From UHGV virus genome UHGV-0167626: a stretch of DNA of 55,806 bases. One strand, given 5' to 3'. Positions 55,747 through 55,806 of the stretch are shown here, piece after piece (position 1 is the stretch's first letter; every line of letters begins with the position of its first letter). This DNA comes from a virus. The notes under the pieces were generated by a model. It had not been told where the DNA came from. It was given only the letters and a program-made list of their open reading frames with translations, and did no database searches. The translations under genes were made by a program, and so were the position numbers.

Positions 55747-55806
55747 GTTGTTTCTTTCCCTCCTCCCTTTCCTTTTTGCGGTTATATTTTTCTGTATAAA
55801 CAACAA

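Noticed and set aside
1..55806. Complete DGR (TR, RT, Avd), integrase or CRISPR array in the window
   Set aside because: No RT or recombinase motifs in any ORF, no third copy of the VR flanks found by eye, no regularly spaced repeats

Overview
A near-complete ~56-kb temperate siphovirus-type phage or prophage of a Bacteroidales host (TAnnTTTG promoters throughout). Layout: a minus-strand early/recombination arm (1-9.8 kb: RecT-like, PD-(D/E)XK nuclease, SNF2 helicase, SSB, tRNA-Cys), an immunity region (9.6-12.3 kb), plus-strand packaging/head/tail/lysis genes (12.6-34.4 kb), an accessory plus-strand cassette and NYN nuclease (36.9-41.3 kb), and a minus-strand replication/methylase arm (41.3-55.8 kb) that would continue the 1-9.8 kb arm if the molecule is circular. 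No integrase or reverse transcriptase is visible. Highlights: (1) two adjacent small early genes share a 74-nt segment with the adenine-specific divergence typical of DGR variable regions, with no TR or RT in the window; (2) four P4-CI/P1-c4-like antisense leader modules, each with its own key sequence overlapping a start codon, three heading antirepressor operons and one heading the recombination genes; (3) a cytosine methyltransferase with a motif-IX subunit and an HNH gene nested in its +1 frame; (4) several promoter- and terminator-bounded ncRNA or peptide units and anticodon-less tRNA-like elements; (5) an apparent deletion junction in the repressor gene and two nonsense pseudogenes. Family names are from my own motif recognition, not database searches.
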